A stretch of DNA of 64,000 nucleotides from Psammoneis japonica (lineage: Eukaryota). Of this stretch, positions 35,526 to 49,436 are shown piece by piece (the first letter of the stretch is position 1; every line of letters begins with the position of its first letter). Made by a program: the position numbers and the translations under genes. The notes under the pieces are model-generated. The model did not search any database, had not been told where the DNA came from, and saw nothing but the letters and a program-made list of their open reading frames with translations. The stretch spans positions 1 through 64,000 of the forward strand of contig QPGO01000181.1 of the NCBI GenBank assembly GCA_008632985.1, given 5' to 3'.

Positions 35526-38500
35526 GATTTGTTTTTTTTTGTCATTTGCTTGTGGGTTCATGTGGCTCTACAACAGCTCATCCATGTGCTCTTTGTCCTT
35601 GTTGACTGTTCAATTGGCAATGCACGGATCATGTGAACTTGACCCGGTTTTCTCTAAGTTCTTGTGTTGAACCAGCAAGTGAATGTCATGAAAAGAGAAT
35701 CTTGTGAGGCTTCCGGTGCTGCTTGTTGCACTTGCCCTGGCCACTTTGGCAGCTGTGGTTTGCCCGGAAGCTCCCTGCAAACTTCAAACTTGTGACCCAA
35801 AACAGGTCTCTTCTGATGCCACAACGCAACATCTGCACAAACCAGACAATTCACTCCAAAGAGTGCAACAAACTGAAAGGTGAGTGAGATCAGTGACAAT
35901 GTGTTCTGAATGCAACAAGTCACTGAATCCTCCACATCAGGATCATCAACATCTTCTCTTTAACATGTCTGGGTTCTCCATTTTCCCATGACCTGGATGC
36001 TTTGACACCTTGTGAAATTCTCATGCCCCAGCAGAGCTGTGACCAACATGCTTTGCACAGCTGCAATGATTTGAGCAAAGAATGCTCTTGTTTCCCTTTT
36101 CCATGACCACATGGAGTCCACATGGGTTGAGATCAATGCTCACTTGCATGTCTGCCAACACTCCTGTGATCTTCATCATGATCTGGCATGATCTGGTCTT
36201 CACCTTCCTGAGGCTCCGGAGTCAATGTGTCTGCACAAATGTGTTTGGCACATGTCAGTGCTCATTGCATCATGCTCTTTCATGGCATCGACAATGGCTG
36301 TCATTGGCATTTCCCCCAATGATGCCATTGGGCTGGCTGAATCATCCTCGTTTGGTCATTCTCCAGTTGGGTTTTCCATTGCAAACCATTTGCCCTTTCA
36401 TGTGACAATCTCGTTTCTCCACTGGGAACATCAAGGCAACCACAGCCTTGTTGGTCCTCTCAGTCAAAGTCATCTCTTTAATTGACAATGGTGCAAAGCA
36501 TGCCCTGTTGTGGAGTTGTGCAATCTCCTTCTCTGAGGCAACATGCTCCTCTGGCCAAATGCTTTAAGGCCTTCATGTGGCAAATGCTGCTGGGGAAAGG
36601 AAATGCCCTCACCTGATTGGAGTTGGTCACCAATCTCACACATGAATTGTGCCAGCACCATTGCTGTTTCTGTGTGGCATTCAATGTCATCCTCTGCATT
36701 GGGACTCACATTCCTTCATAAATGATGACAGCACTTGAGTCTGTTCTGTTCACACTTTTCTTTTGTGACATCTGACACCACTGCAAATCACACTTTCTTG
36801 TGTTTCTGAATGTGTGTCACAGCATGGAAAGCTCCACTGGACCTGGTTCTTTGCCTCATGCATCATGTTGCCTTCTTCTGGCTCTTTGCTGTCCTCATTT
36901 TCTTCAGCATTGTCACAGTCATTGCAGTCATTGTCCGTGATTCTGTTGCTCTTGTGCTGTCAATCAAGACTGGATTTTTGTCAGCTGGGATCTCATTTGC
37001 TTTTTTGCACTCTTTGTCAGAGTCCACTTTTTCTTCACAGTCATCATCTTCTGAGGCAGTCATGATTTTTCCGGTTTCTTCTTCATTTTCTTCATTTGCA
37101 TCTTTGTCATCACTTCAGTCTTCACCACTTTCCACTCCTGCAGCCCAATCAGCATCATGCAGGTTGTCTCCACACTTGCCCACAAATTTAACATCTTTGA
37201 TGCCTGGTGCTGTGGCCATCTTCTCTGGCACTCACATGTGTGCATGCAGGTCAGGGAGTGCACTTGCAAGGATTCAGAAGTTTGGCCATTTGCAGGTTCA
37301 CAGTGTGGTGGCTGCCCTTGGGAATGTCAAAGTGTGGCCACAGATGTGTGCCATCAATGTCATGTGTGTCCATGGTGTTCGTCAGGTTGTTCTCAACATG
37401 AGACAGGACAAATTCACTGAAGGCAAACTCAAAGTGCTTGTCACAGTTGAGGTTTCTTTATTGCACAACAGTGTGTGGACTGCACATGTTAGAAATTCTT
37501 TTTTTATGGGCGCATGTTTAACATGACAGTGTTCTTGATCACAGCATGCTTGCACATCAGCTTGGGCATCGTCTTGTGCTGCAGGTGGTGCACAGTGGCT
37601 CGAGTTCACTCTTTGATGGTCTCAATGCTCCTCTCAACTTTAGGAACATGGTTGCTGGTGTTTGTGGTCTTCAGTTTGGTGTGCACACCATCAGCAACTT
37701 CTGCTGGCATGTCCTTGAACTCAAGATCACACTTGATAAAGTCAATCTTGAACAAAGCCACATGTTGTGCTGTCAGAGCATCATGTCCAGTGCATCGCAC
37801 ACATCGATGTGCTTCTTGGAGTTCAGTCTCACACTCAATTGGCACTTGATCATCTTGTCTGTTGCATGCAGCATCTTAACTCCACAAACTTCCACAATGT
37901 CAATGCAGAGGATCTCACCTTCCCTCTTGATTCTTACATGTCTCAGGTGGGCCAGCTGCAACGTCCTTCCTCTCATGGGAGTGATGCTCAGTCTTGCCTT
38001 TTGATGCATCTGTCAGTGGACGCCCAATGGCCAAGATCCTGTCCATGTCTTCAGGCATGATGGACAAGTTCTTCACCTGGTTTAAATGTAAAAACAGTTT
38101 GAAATCCCTCACACTGTGGGAGCTCCAGCTTCGCTGCACAGTCTGAGTGCTCACTCAGCACTCACTGCCTCCCTCTTGGGTGCAGCCTGTGGTGTTCTGT
38201 TCTGCCACTGAAACCACAGTTCCAGATGCACTCCTGTGCTTCTTGTTTCTCTTGTTCTCTGCAATTTTTGATGTCAGCTGCATGCCCTCAGCTTCTGTGT
38301 GGGTTTCTGCATGCAACTTCTTGTGCTGCTGATGTTGCCCTTCTCAGATGGTGCATTGTTGGCTCCAACAAGCCCATTTTGTTCATGTTTGCCAATGGTG
38401 CAACCTCATCACAGCATGACAAAGAAATTTTCTTTAGTGGTGTCAAAGCCTCATGGTTTGTGTGTGCTGGTTGCCATTTCTCACAATTTTCTGTAGTCTC

Positions 38501-39207
38501 AGAAAAGTTTCCACACAGGTTCCAGTGCAAACTCTCCATGCAGTTCAACAGAAACCACCAATGATCTGCTGGTCACATCTCTGGACTGCTTCTGTCCACA
38601 TCAATCAGTCTTCAACACTGCTTCTTGTCTTGATTGTTCAACCAAGTCTTTCACTTTTCTGGGTGAAAGTGCCACCTCTGTTGTGGCCCTCACTGGCATG
38701 AATGTGAGTCATGCTTTGGTGTCCATTGATTGCCATCCATTTGTGCACCCATCAGCATTTCCATGCAAGATCTGGCAATCCTTTCTAACAAATGATTTTT
38801 CCAATGACCTGCCCATCTTACCTTCAAGGCTCCTGGTTCAATGCATCCAAGTCCTGTGCAATCTTTCCTTTGCTTGCCAGCTGTCCCAGCTCACTGTTTT
38901 TAGTGGTGAACTTCTTGTCATTGGTGTGCAGTTCTCCTTGGTGCAAGAACAAGTGGCCTTGTGACCCAAGATTGATTGTGCCAGTTTTGGAAGCAAATTC
39001 CAAGGTGTTTTGTGGCTTCTTTGAAGACCAGTCTGAATGTGATTGTTCTTTGCAGTTGTGGTGTGCCTTCTGTGGCTGTCACCTGCAAGCATGCAACAAA
39101 TCCCTTGTGAAAGTCATTCCTTTTCAGTTGTTTCGGTGGGGTGTCACCTTCTGGTGATGCCCATCTTGGCTGGTCTTTGTCCCCTTCTGCTGCACTTGTT
39201 CAGCAAG

Positions 39208-39594
39208 CTGGAAGTGTGGATTGGCTGGTGCTGGCACAGCTGGCAAAGGAGTGACAGCACTTAAAAATTGCATCTGTTTTTTCTTGTTTCTCTTGTTCTT
39301 CTTCTTTGACATCATGCGACTCACTTTCTTGAAATTTTTTGATGCTGTCAAAGAATCTCTGGCTTGGTGAAAAAGCACATGGCCCAATGTCATTTGCTTG
39401 CTGGAAGTGTGGATTGACTGGTGCTGGTGCAGCTGGCAAAGGAGTGAAAGCACTGAAAAACTGCATCTGGTTTTTTCTTGTTTCTCTTGTTCTACTTCTT
39501 TGACAACATGAGACTCACTTTCTTGGAATTCTTTGATGCTGTCAAAGAATCTCTGGCTTGGTGAAAAAGCACACAGCCCAACATCATTTGCTCC
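39208..39594. repeat. Tandem duplication, two ~193-bp units
   Basis: CTGGAAGTGTGGATTG...GATGCTGTCAAAGAATCTCTGGCTTGGTGAAAAAGCAC...TCATTTGCT occurs twice head-to-tail. Confidence 0.85.
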
Positions 39595-42500
39595 GAACAC
39601 CACAAATGTTTGCCATTCTTCTCATCTGGAAATTCAAGTTCATCCACTGCTTGATTGTCAAATGTTGCACAGCACTTGCTCTTCACATCTTTAAGCTGAG
39701 AATGTTTGCTGTTGCATTCTCTGATCCAATCTTCATGCCCCTCATCTGAGCATGGTGCAATCCTCATCAAGGGTGTCCACTCCTGTGCTGGTGGGTGGAT
39801 TGACCTTGGTCTTGGCCGGTCACACATTGTGCACTGGTCTCTTTTGCTGCTTTGCCAAGGGCAGAGCCATTGTGGAGGATGATCTCATCCATCTTGATGC
39901 CTTCATTGGCTTGGTTCATGCTTGTCCATGGTCTTTCATTTGCCAGCTGTAACTCATGCCATGCAGTGCCCCTGCTCAGGCAGAATGGGTTGATCAGTTG
40001 GATCTGGTGGTGTCAATGCTCACATTGTTGCTGTCCACCAATGAGTGATCATCATCCCCAACTTGTGTCTGTGCCTGACTGCATCCCTCAATGTCCAGCT
40101 TCCTTCCAGTGATCTTGAACCAACTGTTGTGCACAATGTCTTGCCAATGCTTGCAGTCAGGGGACTTGTGATTTAGCCCACCACAACAGTGGCACTCTGT
40201 GGTGTCACTCTGGTTGCTCTTCTGGGCATGGCTCTGGTCCTTTGCATTGTTGGACTGGTTGTTGCTGTTGGCATTGTTGCCATTGCCATTCTTGTTGTTT
40301 CTTTGCTCATTGTTCTTCTTTTCATGCTGGTTGCAAGAATTGTCATCTTTCAGATGGCTTGGCAGTGCATCCATTGCCTTCTCTGGGGTCTTCAGACAGC
40401 TGTCTTTGCCCAGACTGTGGTCTCTCATAAAGCTCTTCTTTGAGCTCTTGCACAGAAGCAATCACCACTGTTCTCCATGAACAGGTGTGTTTTCCATGTC
40501 TCAAACAATGACTTGTCTTGAAGTGCCAAGTCTCCATGATGGTGCTCCTTGGCATTGTGGAGACAAATCCACCCACCATTCTGTCTCCCAGTCCTTCTTT
40601 TGCAGAAATTTGCTGATTCTTGAATCTTGACAGGTGATCCTTCGGCATCTCATTTTCTTGCTGCATCACATCCAGAATGTTCTTCAGAGCCTTGGCAAGT
40701 GTGTGGAATGGCTCTCATTGAGTCAAACACAATGGATTGGATCAGCTTCAGCAACATGATCAGATCTTCCCTGATGCTGGGGTGACTGAGATCAGCTTGC
40801 ACTCTCTGTTTTATTTGCTTGGTGCAGCAGTTGTTGAAAATCTTGGTGAGTGCAGTTGTCTTGTTCTCTTTAAAGTGCTTCACTTTCTTGCAGCAGTTGC
40901 TTGGCTCCACTTTGCACTGGTGTTCCAGTTCATTGCATTCTTGCTGCTTCTCTGACAGCTTGACTTGGTGCATTGTGTCTGCATCTGCTGGCACTGTCAA
41001 TGTGGACACATTTAAGGTGGGGGTCTCTTGGAGCTAAAATCCTTGCATTTCATGTCTTCTGGAGATCATGCCAAATGTGCACTGTGTTCAAACTCCTTCT
41101 GCATGCAACAGATGATCTTCTCCTTCTTGATGTCTTCACATGTGGCAATGTGTGTGTTGCTGTTCAGTGATGAAAGATGGAGCTTCACCTTGGGCTGAAA
41201 AAGCACTTCTTGGCATTGATCTTCTTTTTTGGGTTAGAGAACCTGTGACTCTTGTCACCTCTGCCATGACTGCATCCTCCACCTTGGTTGTTTGCACTGC
41301 CACCTCCTCTGTGCCACTCATTGTGCAGGTGTTCAGTGTTCAACCAACTGCATGCAGGTTGGTGTCTGCACTTGCTGAGCACTGTGCTGATGACTCTTCA
41401 GATTGAACTGGCAAGTCAATGACATTTCCCAGCATCAGCTGCCTGCTCACAGCCCCTGTGTGTGTTTTTCATGCTGATGTTGCCCTTTTCAGATGGTGTT
41501 TTGCTGGGTCCCCTGATGCCCTTTTGGCCCCTTCTGCCATCGCCACACCCTTATTTCACCATGATGTGCAATGATTTTCAGTGGAAAATGACTGGCGTTG
41601 ATGCCTTGTGGTTCACATGCTTGCACTTAATGTCTTGTTTGGCATTTTTTTGCAGATTTGGTGCAGTCTGGCTGCTCAAATTCTTCACCTCATGTGGTGA
41701 CAGCACTGTCCCTGTTGTGGAACTTGTGAGTGTTTGTTTGGATGAACCATTGGCATCACTTGACGGTCGTCCATTTGCTGCACTGATTGGCATTTCTGCA
41801 CAAGATTCAGCATCAATTCTACACAAGAAAAACATTTCTTCCCACGTCCTTCTTGTCACATCACCAAGCCTCCCCATTTCATGCCTGCAAGTCCTGCACA
41901 TCCCCCTTTCTGCATGCTGGCCTGCCAAGATCACTGCTCCAAGCAGTGAACTGTTCACTTTTGTTCCAGTGCATGCAAATGTGAAACTCGTCATTCAGTC
42001 TTTGTTGAAGACAAGACCCATCCTTGGAAGCAAGGCATTTCTCCCAGAGTTTGTGCTGACTTTGAATCCTCTGCTTGATGCAGTTGTCCTTTGCTGTGGC
42101 AGTTTTGGTGCTTTGTGTCCTTTCTAGAAGAAAGCAATGCCCTCACTCTGGTGCAATTTCTCCTTGACCTGTTGTCTCCAGTGTGCATTGCTGCAAAGTG
42201 GATCATTGACCATCAGCTGATCACATGAACTTCTGCTGCACCCCCAGTGTGTGATGCACTGGAAGTGTGGGTCAGCCAGCACTGGTTCAAATCAGGTTTG
42301 AGTTTTTTGGCAAGTCATTGTCACCAAATCCTGTTGGGCTTCCTGTGCTGCCTGAGATGCACTTGCTTTGGCAAACTGCACTGACACCAAATGACAATCA
42401 TGCAAACCAAATGAACATAAAGATTTGCTCCCAAGAGTGAGATAAAAAACAAAGGTGAGAGATTGGTGGTGGTGAAACCCCTCACAAAGAGTTGCCAAAT

Positions 42501-43899
42501 GAGCCACATCAGGAGCCAAAGTGTCTTTTTTCAACACACCTGGGATCTTTACATTTTCCACAATCTGGATGTTCCAACACACTCCTCACATTGATGTTCT
42601 GCCAGCTGGTCAGGACCAGCTGGTGTTTGGGAAAAACTGATCCCTCTGGCACAGCAACTAAATTGTTGCCAGGCACACCTGTTGCTTTGCAGCCAATGTC
42701 CTGCAACTCAGAACAGTGCAAGTTGGTGCACTGCCCATCTTCAGAGCAATCAATCATGTCATCAAATGAGCATGACATGCCTGGCACACATTTCACAAAA
42801 TGCTTCACACAAGTGTGATGAATGAATCTCTCTTGTGTCTCCAAAGTGTGGACCATCAATCTGGTCTACAATCCAACTGTTGAACATCTAGGAGGTTCAA
42901 TCAAAGAACACCACATTCTGTGCCAGAACCACTTGCACACAGGGTTTGAGCCACATCAAGAGCCAAAAGTGTTTTGTCTTCAACATGTTTGGGTTCCTTG
43001 TTTTTCTGGCAGTCCAGATGTTCCAACAGTTTGTCCCCTGGCATTGTGCACTGGCAGCAATGTTCTCTGACCATTTGGCAAAATTAACACCACAATGCCA
43101 GCCTTGTGTCAGCATCATGCCAGTGCACTGCCTCATTGTGAGCTTCCCATGTGATTCCCACCATGACATCCAAATGTGCACACTGTAATCTGCACTGACA
43201 GCACCGGACATTGGAGGATTTTGGACACTCCAATTGGTCAAATGTGAGGAAAATGTCCAATGACCCACATTTGTCTTGACAATCACAAATTTTGGCAGAC
43301 AAATCTGTCACCACAAGCCTGTGATCAGAGAGGCCAACTGCCGATGGGATCTGCCATGGAAAATGGAAACAACATGTGTTGCAACAGGAGAACAAATGTC
43401 ATCAAGAGAAAGATGGAATGAAGAGACAAAGCATTCCACCTCACTCCGGTGTGTGAGACCACACTCATGTAGATGTGACACTCACATTTTAGCAAAGTGT
43501 GGCCAGCAACTGCAACCATGCTAGAGAGTGTCCTTTGAACATGACATCACTGAGTTGCAGTGCTTTCCCAACTGCTGCTTTTTCAGAGCCAATCACTTTT
43601 TACCCAAAGAGAGATGTCCTGTGAGCAACCAGGACACATCCAGTGTCAAGATTCGAGTCAAGAGTCAGGGGTGGAAGCACTCCTGCTGATGCACAGCTGA
43701 GCAAGTTGAGCAGACCAAGGAGGTTTGCACCCATGTCAAGGCCCTCAAGGTGACCAGTGATTGCCAAGGAGGTTAAACAAAAGCCAGGAGAGCTGGTGTT
43801 GCCTCTTGCAGATCCGGTGGTGGACACTAGATTGATGACACTGGCAGTGCCAACTCAATGCTCAAGCCAGGCATGAGGAACACCAGTGACCAGGTCACA

Positions 43900-46800
43900 G
43901 AGGCCCAAAGAATTCTTTTGTTGACCAGTGAATCCAACACTGTAACATGCTCAGGCACAATGGCATGAAACCAGTGAAGAGAACACTGCAAAACATGCCA
44001 CACGATGTCTGTGACACACACTTGCAAGCTTTGCGTGACTGTCCTTCATCAAGCAAGCACCCCAAGTGCTCCCACCAAGTCAAGATGTTGGACCCTGAAT
44101 GCAATGTCATGCTTTGGGATGACGTTGCTGATGCCCCCGCAATCACCAAACCCATCAATGACAACTTGCGGGATTTTCTCATGGAGCCTGACCTCAGACT
44201 AGTTTTGTTGGCTTTCACCACTCAATTCTTCCAATGACATGCCATCTGGAGCATCCAACTGTTCATTGAATTTGCCCAGCTCCCATTGTTGGTGGTGCAT
44301 GACATGCTTGGGTGCCAGACTTTCAGGAACCTCAGCAAGAATGTGATTCACATCCGTGCACATGGGCCTTGCACCCAGGAACACATGCAGGATGAGGCAG
44401 GTGACTTCCTTGTCTCTAGATTTGATGCACCCGCCTTTGCCTTGCACGGACAATGATGGTGGCATCCCCTCTGCATTGAGCTCTGCCACACTGGCAATGA
44501 ATGGTTTGCCCTCCAACAACAAAATCCCGTGCCTCGGGCAAATCTCATCTGCTCACCTCTCCACTGCCACTTCAATGCCCACCACCAAAGACACCCCAGC
44601 TGCAGCACCACTGTCAAATCTCCCACCCACCCACTTCCCCTCCCACCAATGTGCACCCCGACATGCCCCGGGTGTCATTCAGAGACCTTCCACCTGACTG
44701 CACCACTTGTCCTGATGCACAACCACCCACACTGCATCACCCGATGTGCCACACCATGGCAACAGGGGGGGATGTCCTTTTGGAGATGACAAATTCTCTG
44801 CTCCTGACTCCAACAGCACCACACTGTCCTGTGTCAACAAAGGTCACTGCCATCACCTGCAAAACCCTTCCCACAATTCAGGTCCTTTTTCGAAAGACAC
44901 TGGATCATGCAACAGGTGAGCTGCATGACAGACCCCAACTTTCTACAGGCATGGAAGGAGCATGGTGACCACTTCCTGGAGATGGTGCCTAAACTGCAGC
45001 CTGGCCTCACTCTTGCCCAACTGCAAATGGACTGTGAGTGTGTGTGCAGTGCACTGGTTGCTGCATGCCACAAGGGAATGGGCAAGCAATTCCTTGCACC
45101 ACACAAGAAAGAGAAGGACAGGTTTAATGCATGGCATGCTTTCTTGGAACATCACAAAGGAGACAGCACATCTGACTTGCTCAGATTCAACCAGGAGGAT
45201 GCCATCAATTTGCAAAGCTCACATCATTGTGCGGGAGGTGTGACGGCTTTTGTCAATGCCTGTGAGACTGCCTTCACCAAAATCAATCAAATCAACATTG
45301 AGGCCGCCATTCGTCAAGAAACACCTGCACATGCTGCATGCGAATGGACAGATGGAGCACAGAAAGCATGGCTGCTCACCAATCTGTGCTCCAATTCAAT
45401 GTGCAACATCATCACCCAATGCGACTCATTGTCCCATGATGCAACTTTGATCCGCCTTTGCAAATGGGCACACTGGTGCAACAAGGACCATGTGGAACAA
45501 AGCTGTTGTTGCACCAAGACTGCCACCCAAGACCCATCACACTCAGAGAGCGACATCAAGAACATCCTCCACTCCATCATTGGAGCACATCAATGCTGCA
45601 CGATGCACTTGCAGTGGAACAGACATTCCAGACAAATGCAACATGCTGACTGAGATTCTCCAATTGATGCCGGACAAGGACAAGGGTTCCCTTCTTTGCT
45701 GCTGTGATGAACTGGTGGACAAGCTCATTGCTGGCCTCAACAATGACACACCAAAAAACACCGATGCAAAACCAAAAGAAGACAGCAAGACCCTCCCAAG
45801 ACAGCATCCCAACTGCAAGGTGCAGAAGACAGCTGCCACACCTGACCAAGTCACCAATGACAACAAGTCATCCAACGCATCATCCATGGAGTCATCCTCT
45901 GCTGCCAGTGCAGGGGGCAGTGGAGGGGATGTGACCGCATGATCCCTTCTCAAGGTGTTCCAAGACCTCACAGGACTCTTTTGCTCCATCAACATTGCCC
46001 ACTCAGTGATCAGCCCCACACCATCCATCAAAGCATGCACACACTGTTGGGACACACCCATGATGACCAGCTCTCACTCATTTCTGATGGGGTTGCTGAC
46101 ACTGGAGTCTTTGGTCAATGGCAGCACCCACATGGCAACACTGGATGCAAAGCAAATCTAGTTGGATTTGATGAATCACATGCACGTGTTGATGAACTGG
46201 ATGTCTCCAGCAGTTTCACTGCAGTGGACTCACTTGACAGTTCCGTGGTGCTCCTTTCAATGCATGAAGGTGCCGCCAACCCCGATGCATCCTTTTTGCT
46301 GTTGTTGGAATGCCAGTGTCACAAAGCAGGGTGCATTGTTAACTCGGTCACCCATCACCACCTCAGCACAGGAGGTGGTCAAGGCACTCAATGATTTGCC
46401 ATGCCCAACGGCATCATCATCCTCTTCTCAACTCATGGAACACCAATGACCATTGCCCACCACCTGCCCATGGACAAGGAACTTTGCAAGATCACCCCTG
46501 TTGACATCACTGCATCTGAGGTGTGGAACCCTGCTGAACACTGTGCTGACACCCAAGACTCCGATCTGGGCCTGGTTGCAGCACAAGTTTCAACCAACCA
46601 TGCTGCACAGGAGGACACACTAGATTGCAACAATCTCAAAGATGCCACTGTGGTCCCTGTCAACAATGCCAGTCACGAAGATGCTGGCTCTGTCCAAGAC
46701 CTCATCATCTGTGGTGCCAACAATGATGAGAGCACAGTCAGCCATGCCAGCAACTGGGATGACAAATCCATGCCTCCACTGGAAATGCACCCAGATGAAA

Positions 46801-47876
46801 CAGGAAACAATGAAGATGAGGCACAAGAGGATGGAAACAACCCACAAGACAACAAATCTGCACCTGCATTGCAACCCAGAGATGACAGTGCTGTGGACAC
46901 CAACGAGAGTGGACATCTGGACCTGCCACACGAATCAAGGTGATGCAATTGCCCCAAGGAGATCACACCTGCACATCTGGATGACCTGGAAGATCCACCT
47001 CTGCTGACCAACAAAGAATTCCATGATTGCCCAATTGACTTGGAGGAGACCATTGTAGACCCCATCATTGGTGTGGAACTCCAATTTGCAGATGAGTTGT
47101 TGTGGGCCAAGAGGGAACACCAGCACACAATGACCCTTGGGCAAGACAGAACTGGTTTCCAACAAACCCCAACTGGGAGATGCAAGAGCATGGATTGCAC
47201 ATGAGCTGCAACAGTCAAGGAATGGGATCTTGATGAGTGCTTGGATTCCTTGGATGATGACGAACCATTCAGCAAGCATGCACCTTTTGACTCCTTTGCG
47301 CATGTCACTCGAGTGGCCCAAGGCTCTTTCACTGAGTCTGAACTGGAGGCATTGCATCCTGACTTTGCCTGCTGGCCATGAGAGGTTGTCAAATGAATGA
47401 CAGAAGCCACGACACAGTCAGCAAAGTCTTGCTTCCAGGCACCCCTTCAGCAACACTGCAAAGCATGGTGTTCCCAATTGAATTGAGTGTGGCTTGAGGA
47501 GATGGTGGCAACTAACACTTTCTTTGCCAGCATCAAGAGTCTCTCTGGATGCACTTGTGGACAAGTTTGTTGGGGCATCTCATCACACATGATCAACTTT
47601 TACCCAATGAAAACTGAGCCTGAGCTCCCATCTGCTGCATGCCAGGACTTCACATGTTAGGAAGGTGCTCCATGGATCCCACATCGCAACAATGCCAAGG
47701 TGCAGAAATCCAAGGTTGTCATGAAACTGAATCGCAAGTTCATCATTGGCAACCAGTTCACCAAACTGCATCATCCACAGCAGAATCCCACAGAGCTGTG
47801 TGCCGTCAAGTGCTTGAAAACACACTCCCAAACTGTCATGGACAGGACCAATGCTCCAAGCATCATGTGGCCCAAA
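43900..47876 (+). mobile_element. Decayed Ty1/copia element, gag-protease-integrase
   Basis: gag-like ORF 44907-45653; protease ISDGVADTGVFG (~46085); integrase EMVATNTFFASIKSLSGCTCGQV...YPMKTE...GAP...NNAK (47500-47700). Confidence 0.75.
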
Positions 47877-47941
47877 TTGCATTTAGATTCTCTGACATGC
47901 TGGGCACCTTTAACACTGACAACAAGACTTCTGTTTGGTCT

Positions 47942-48003
47942 TGCCTAACCTGCAAAGCTTGATGATGTGAGCTTTCACTTTGGCTTCATCAGTGTGGTTG
48001 GCA
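47942..48003 (-). ncRNA. Degenerate type I hammerhead-ribozyme-like motif in the Penelope pseudo-LTR
   Basis: Minus strand reads TGCCAACCACA-CTGATGA-AGCCAAAGT-GAAA-GCT...AGCTT-T-GCAGGTTAGGCA: hammerhead core boxes with flanking stem I and III complementarity. Confidence 0.6.
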
Positions 48004-48207
48004 TTAATCTTGTGAGCTAAAAAAGTTGAGATCGGCATTTTCAACGGCTGAGGTTGCAGCTGACCTCATTCGCCATTAAAAAATAAATGGGCCATTGGGA
48101 ACATGCGGATGCGCACTGTGCGCACATGGTCTTGGCCCAAAAACTAAGGTTGAGAAAGAAATGGGCATGGCATTCTCAGATGATGGTCTGAGCTGTGATG
48201 AAGACTG

Positions 48208-49436
48208 TGGTTGGATGCAATTTAAGGCACATTGCAAATTAAGGCACACTTCGTGTTGGCCCCTCACAAGCTGCAAGCTCCAACAAAATTTAATGAGGCA
48301 CTGCATCAGGTGCACTGTGCTTTTATTCTTTATTGAACCTCCATTGACTGCAAAGCTTTTTTGTGTTTTTAATGTAAACAATGCAAAGCAGTTCTCTCTG
48401 TGACACAGCATTTGTGTAAAATGGACAAGTTCATAACTTGTGTTGTTGACATGCATCGTTGAACATGTGTTTCAAAGTCACATGCAACAAACTGCAGCAG
48501 CACAATGATGCATGCTGCCGGTGTCCCACTTCACAGCATGACATCTCAACAATGCTCACACGGATTTCTCCATTTCTTTTTTCAACATTGGGAGCAATTG
48601 CACAATGCATCCTGCCAGGTTGGTGGTCCCATTGTGTGTCATTGAGAATCATGGATTTCTGTTTTGTCAAAAAAAACTCTCAGAACTGGCAAGTTAGGCA
48701 GGTGCATTAACAACAGAATGAAGGACAGAAACATTTTTGACAATGCCAAATGCTTTTGACTAAACTGTTCAGTGCCACTCATTGTGAAATGGAGTGGCAC
48801 ATCCAATTTCACCATTGTTCCCCTCACCATCACCATTGTCTTCACCACCTGCATCAGAGTGTGCTGCTTGCCACACCTCTTGGACCACTTCTTTGGTTGC
48901 AGTGCCACCTGATTCTAAAGCCTGAATCTTGGCTTTCAGCTTTGAAACTGAGTCATCCTTTTTGCTTTTGTCAGGATTGATCTCCACTCCACAATCACAA
49001 AATGTGCAGAAAGTTGCTTTCTTCTTCTTTGGATGACCACAACGTTTCTTTTTCAAGAAGAAGTCAGTCATGAAAGAAAGCTTGGCCTTCTTTGCATCTT
49101 CCTGCATTTTGGGAGGCTTCAAAGGTGGTGCCATGGTTGATCTTAGAAAGAGAAATGAGGCGCCAAATCTTGGTGGTGTCCTGCGCAGAAGTCAGCATTG
49201 TTTCTACGTGTGACAAAAAATTGCCTTTATGTGTGACATCAATCCCATCAACAGTCATGAGGAAACATTTTTTGAGGGACATCAAATGACAACAACATGG
49301 AATTTTGGAGTCGGATAAATTTTTTCCTGGCCAGCGCAATCAGATCTTTCATTTGCGTGCATCAAAAGGGTGTTAAAATGGAACATTGAAGTTTTGTGGG
49401 TCTGCATTTCTTAGCTCTGCCTTAAATTGCATTGGA
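48208..49436. mobile_element. ~1.2-kb non-autonomous TIR element inserted in the left Penelope pseudo-LTR
   Basis: Absent from the 53093-53520 copy (GAC-TG-AGAGATG is contiguous there); subterminal inverted ATGCAATTTAAGGCA / TGCCTTAAATTGCAT; ACTG on both sides. Confidence 0.65.

Larger units (their letters stand above)
33370..41400 (-). mobile_element. Decayed Ty1/copia LTR retrotransposon, colinear gag-PR-INT-RT-RH, split by insertions at ~34440-36050 and ~38100-39600
   Basis: gag knuckle CHCCGGLNHKSPDC (~40190); integrase HVPKVERSIETIKE (~37620); RT IMKITGVLADM (~36170) and GKKHDHLSMTLDF...FHAWVAK (34350-34140); RNase H SHTGGIMTMG...ILWTKLF...LHQD...SRALNICHFFVTDQIEK (33780-33480). LTRs not identified. 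Confidence 0.85.

Noticed and set aside
39208..39594. CRISPR-like array
   Set aside because: Two long head-to-tail units without unique spacers; no cas genes; eukaryotic context.
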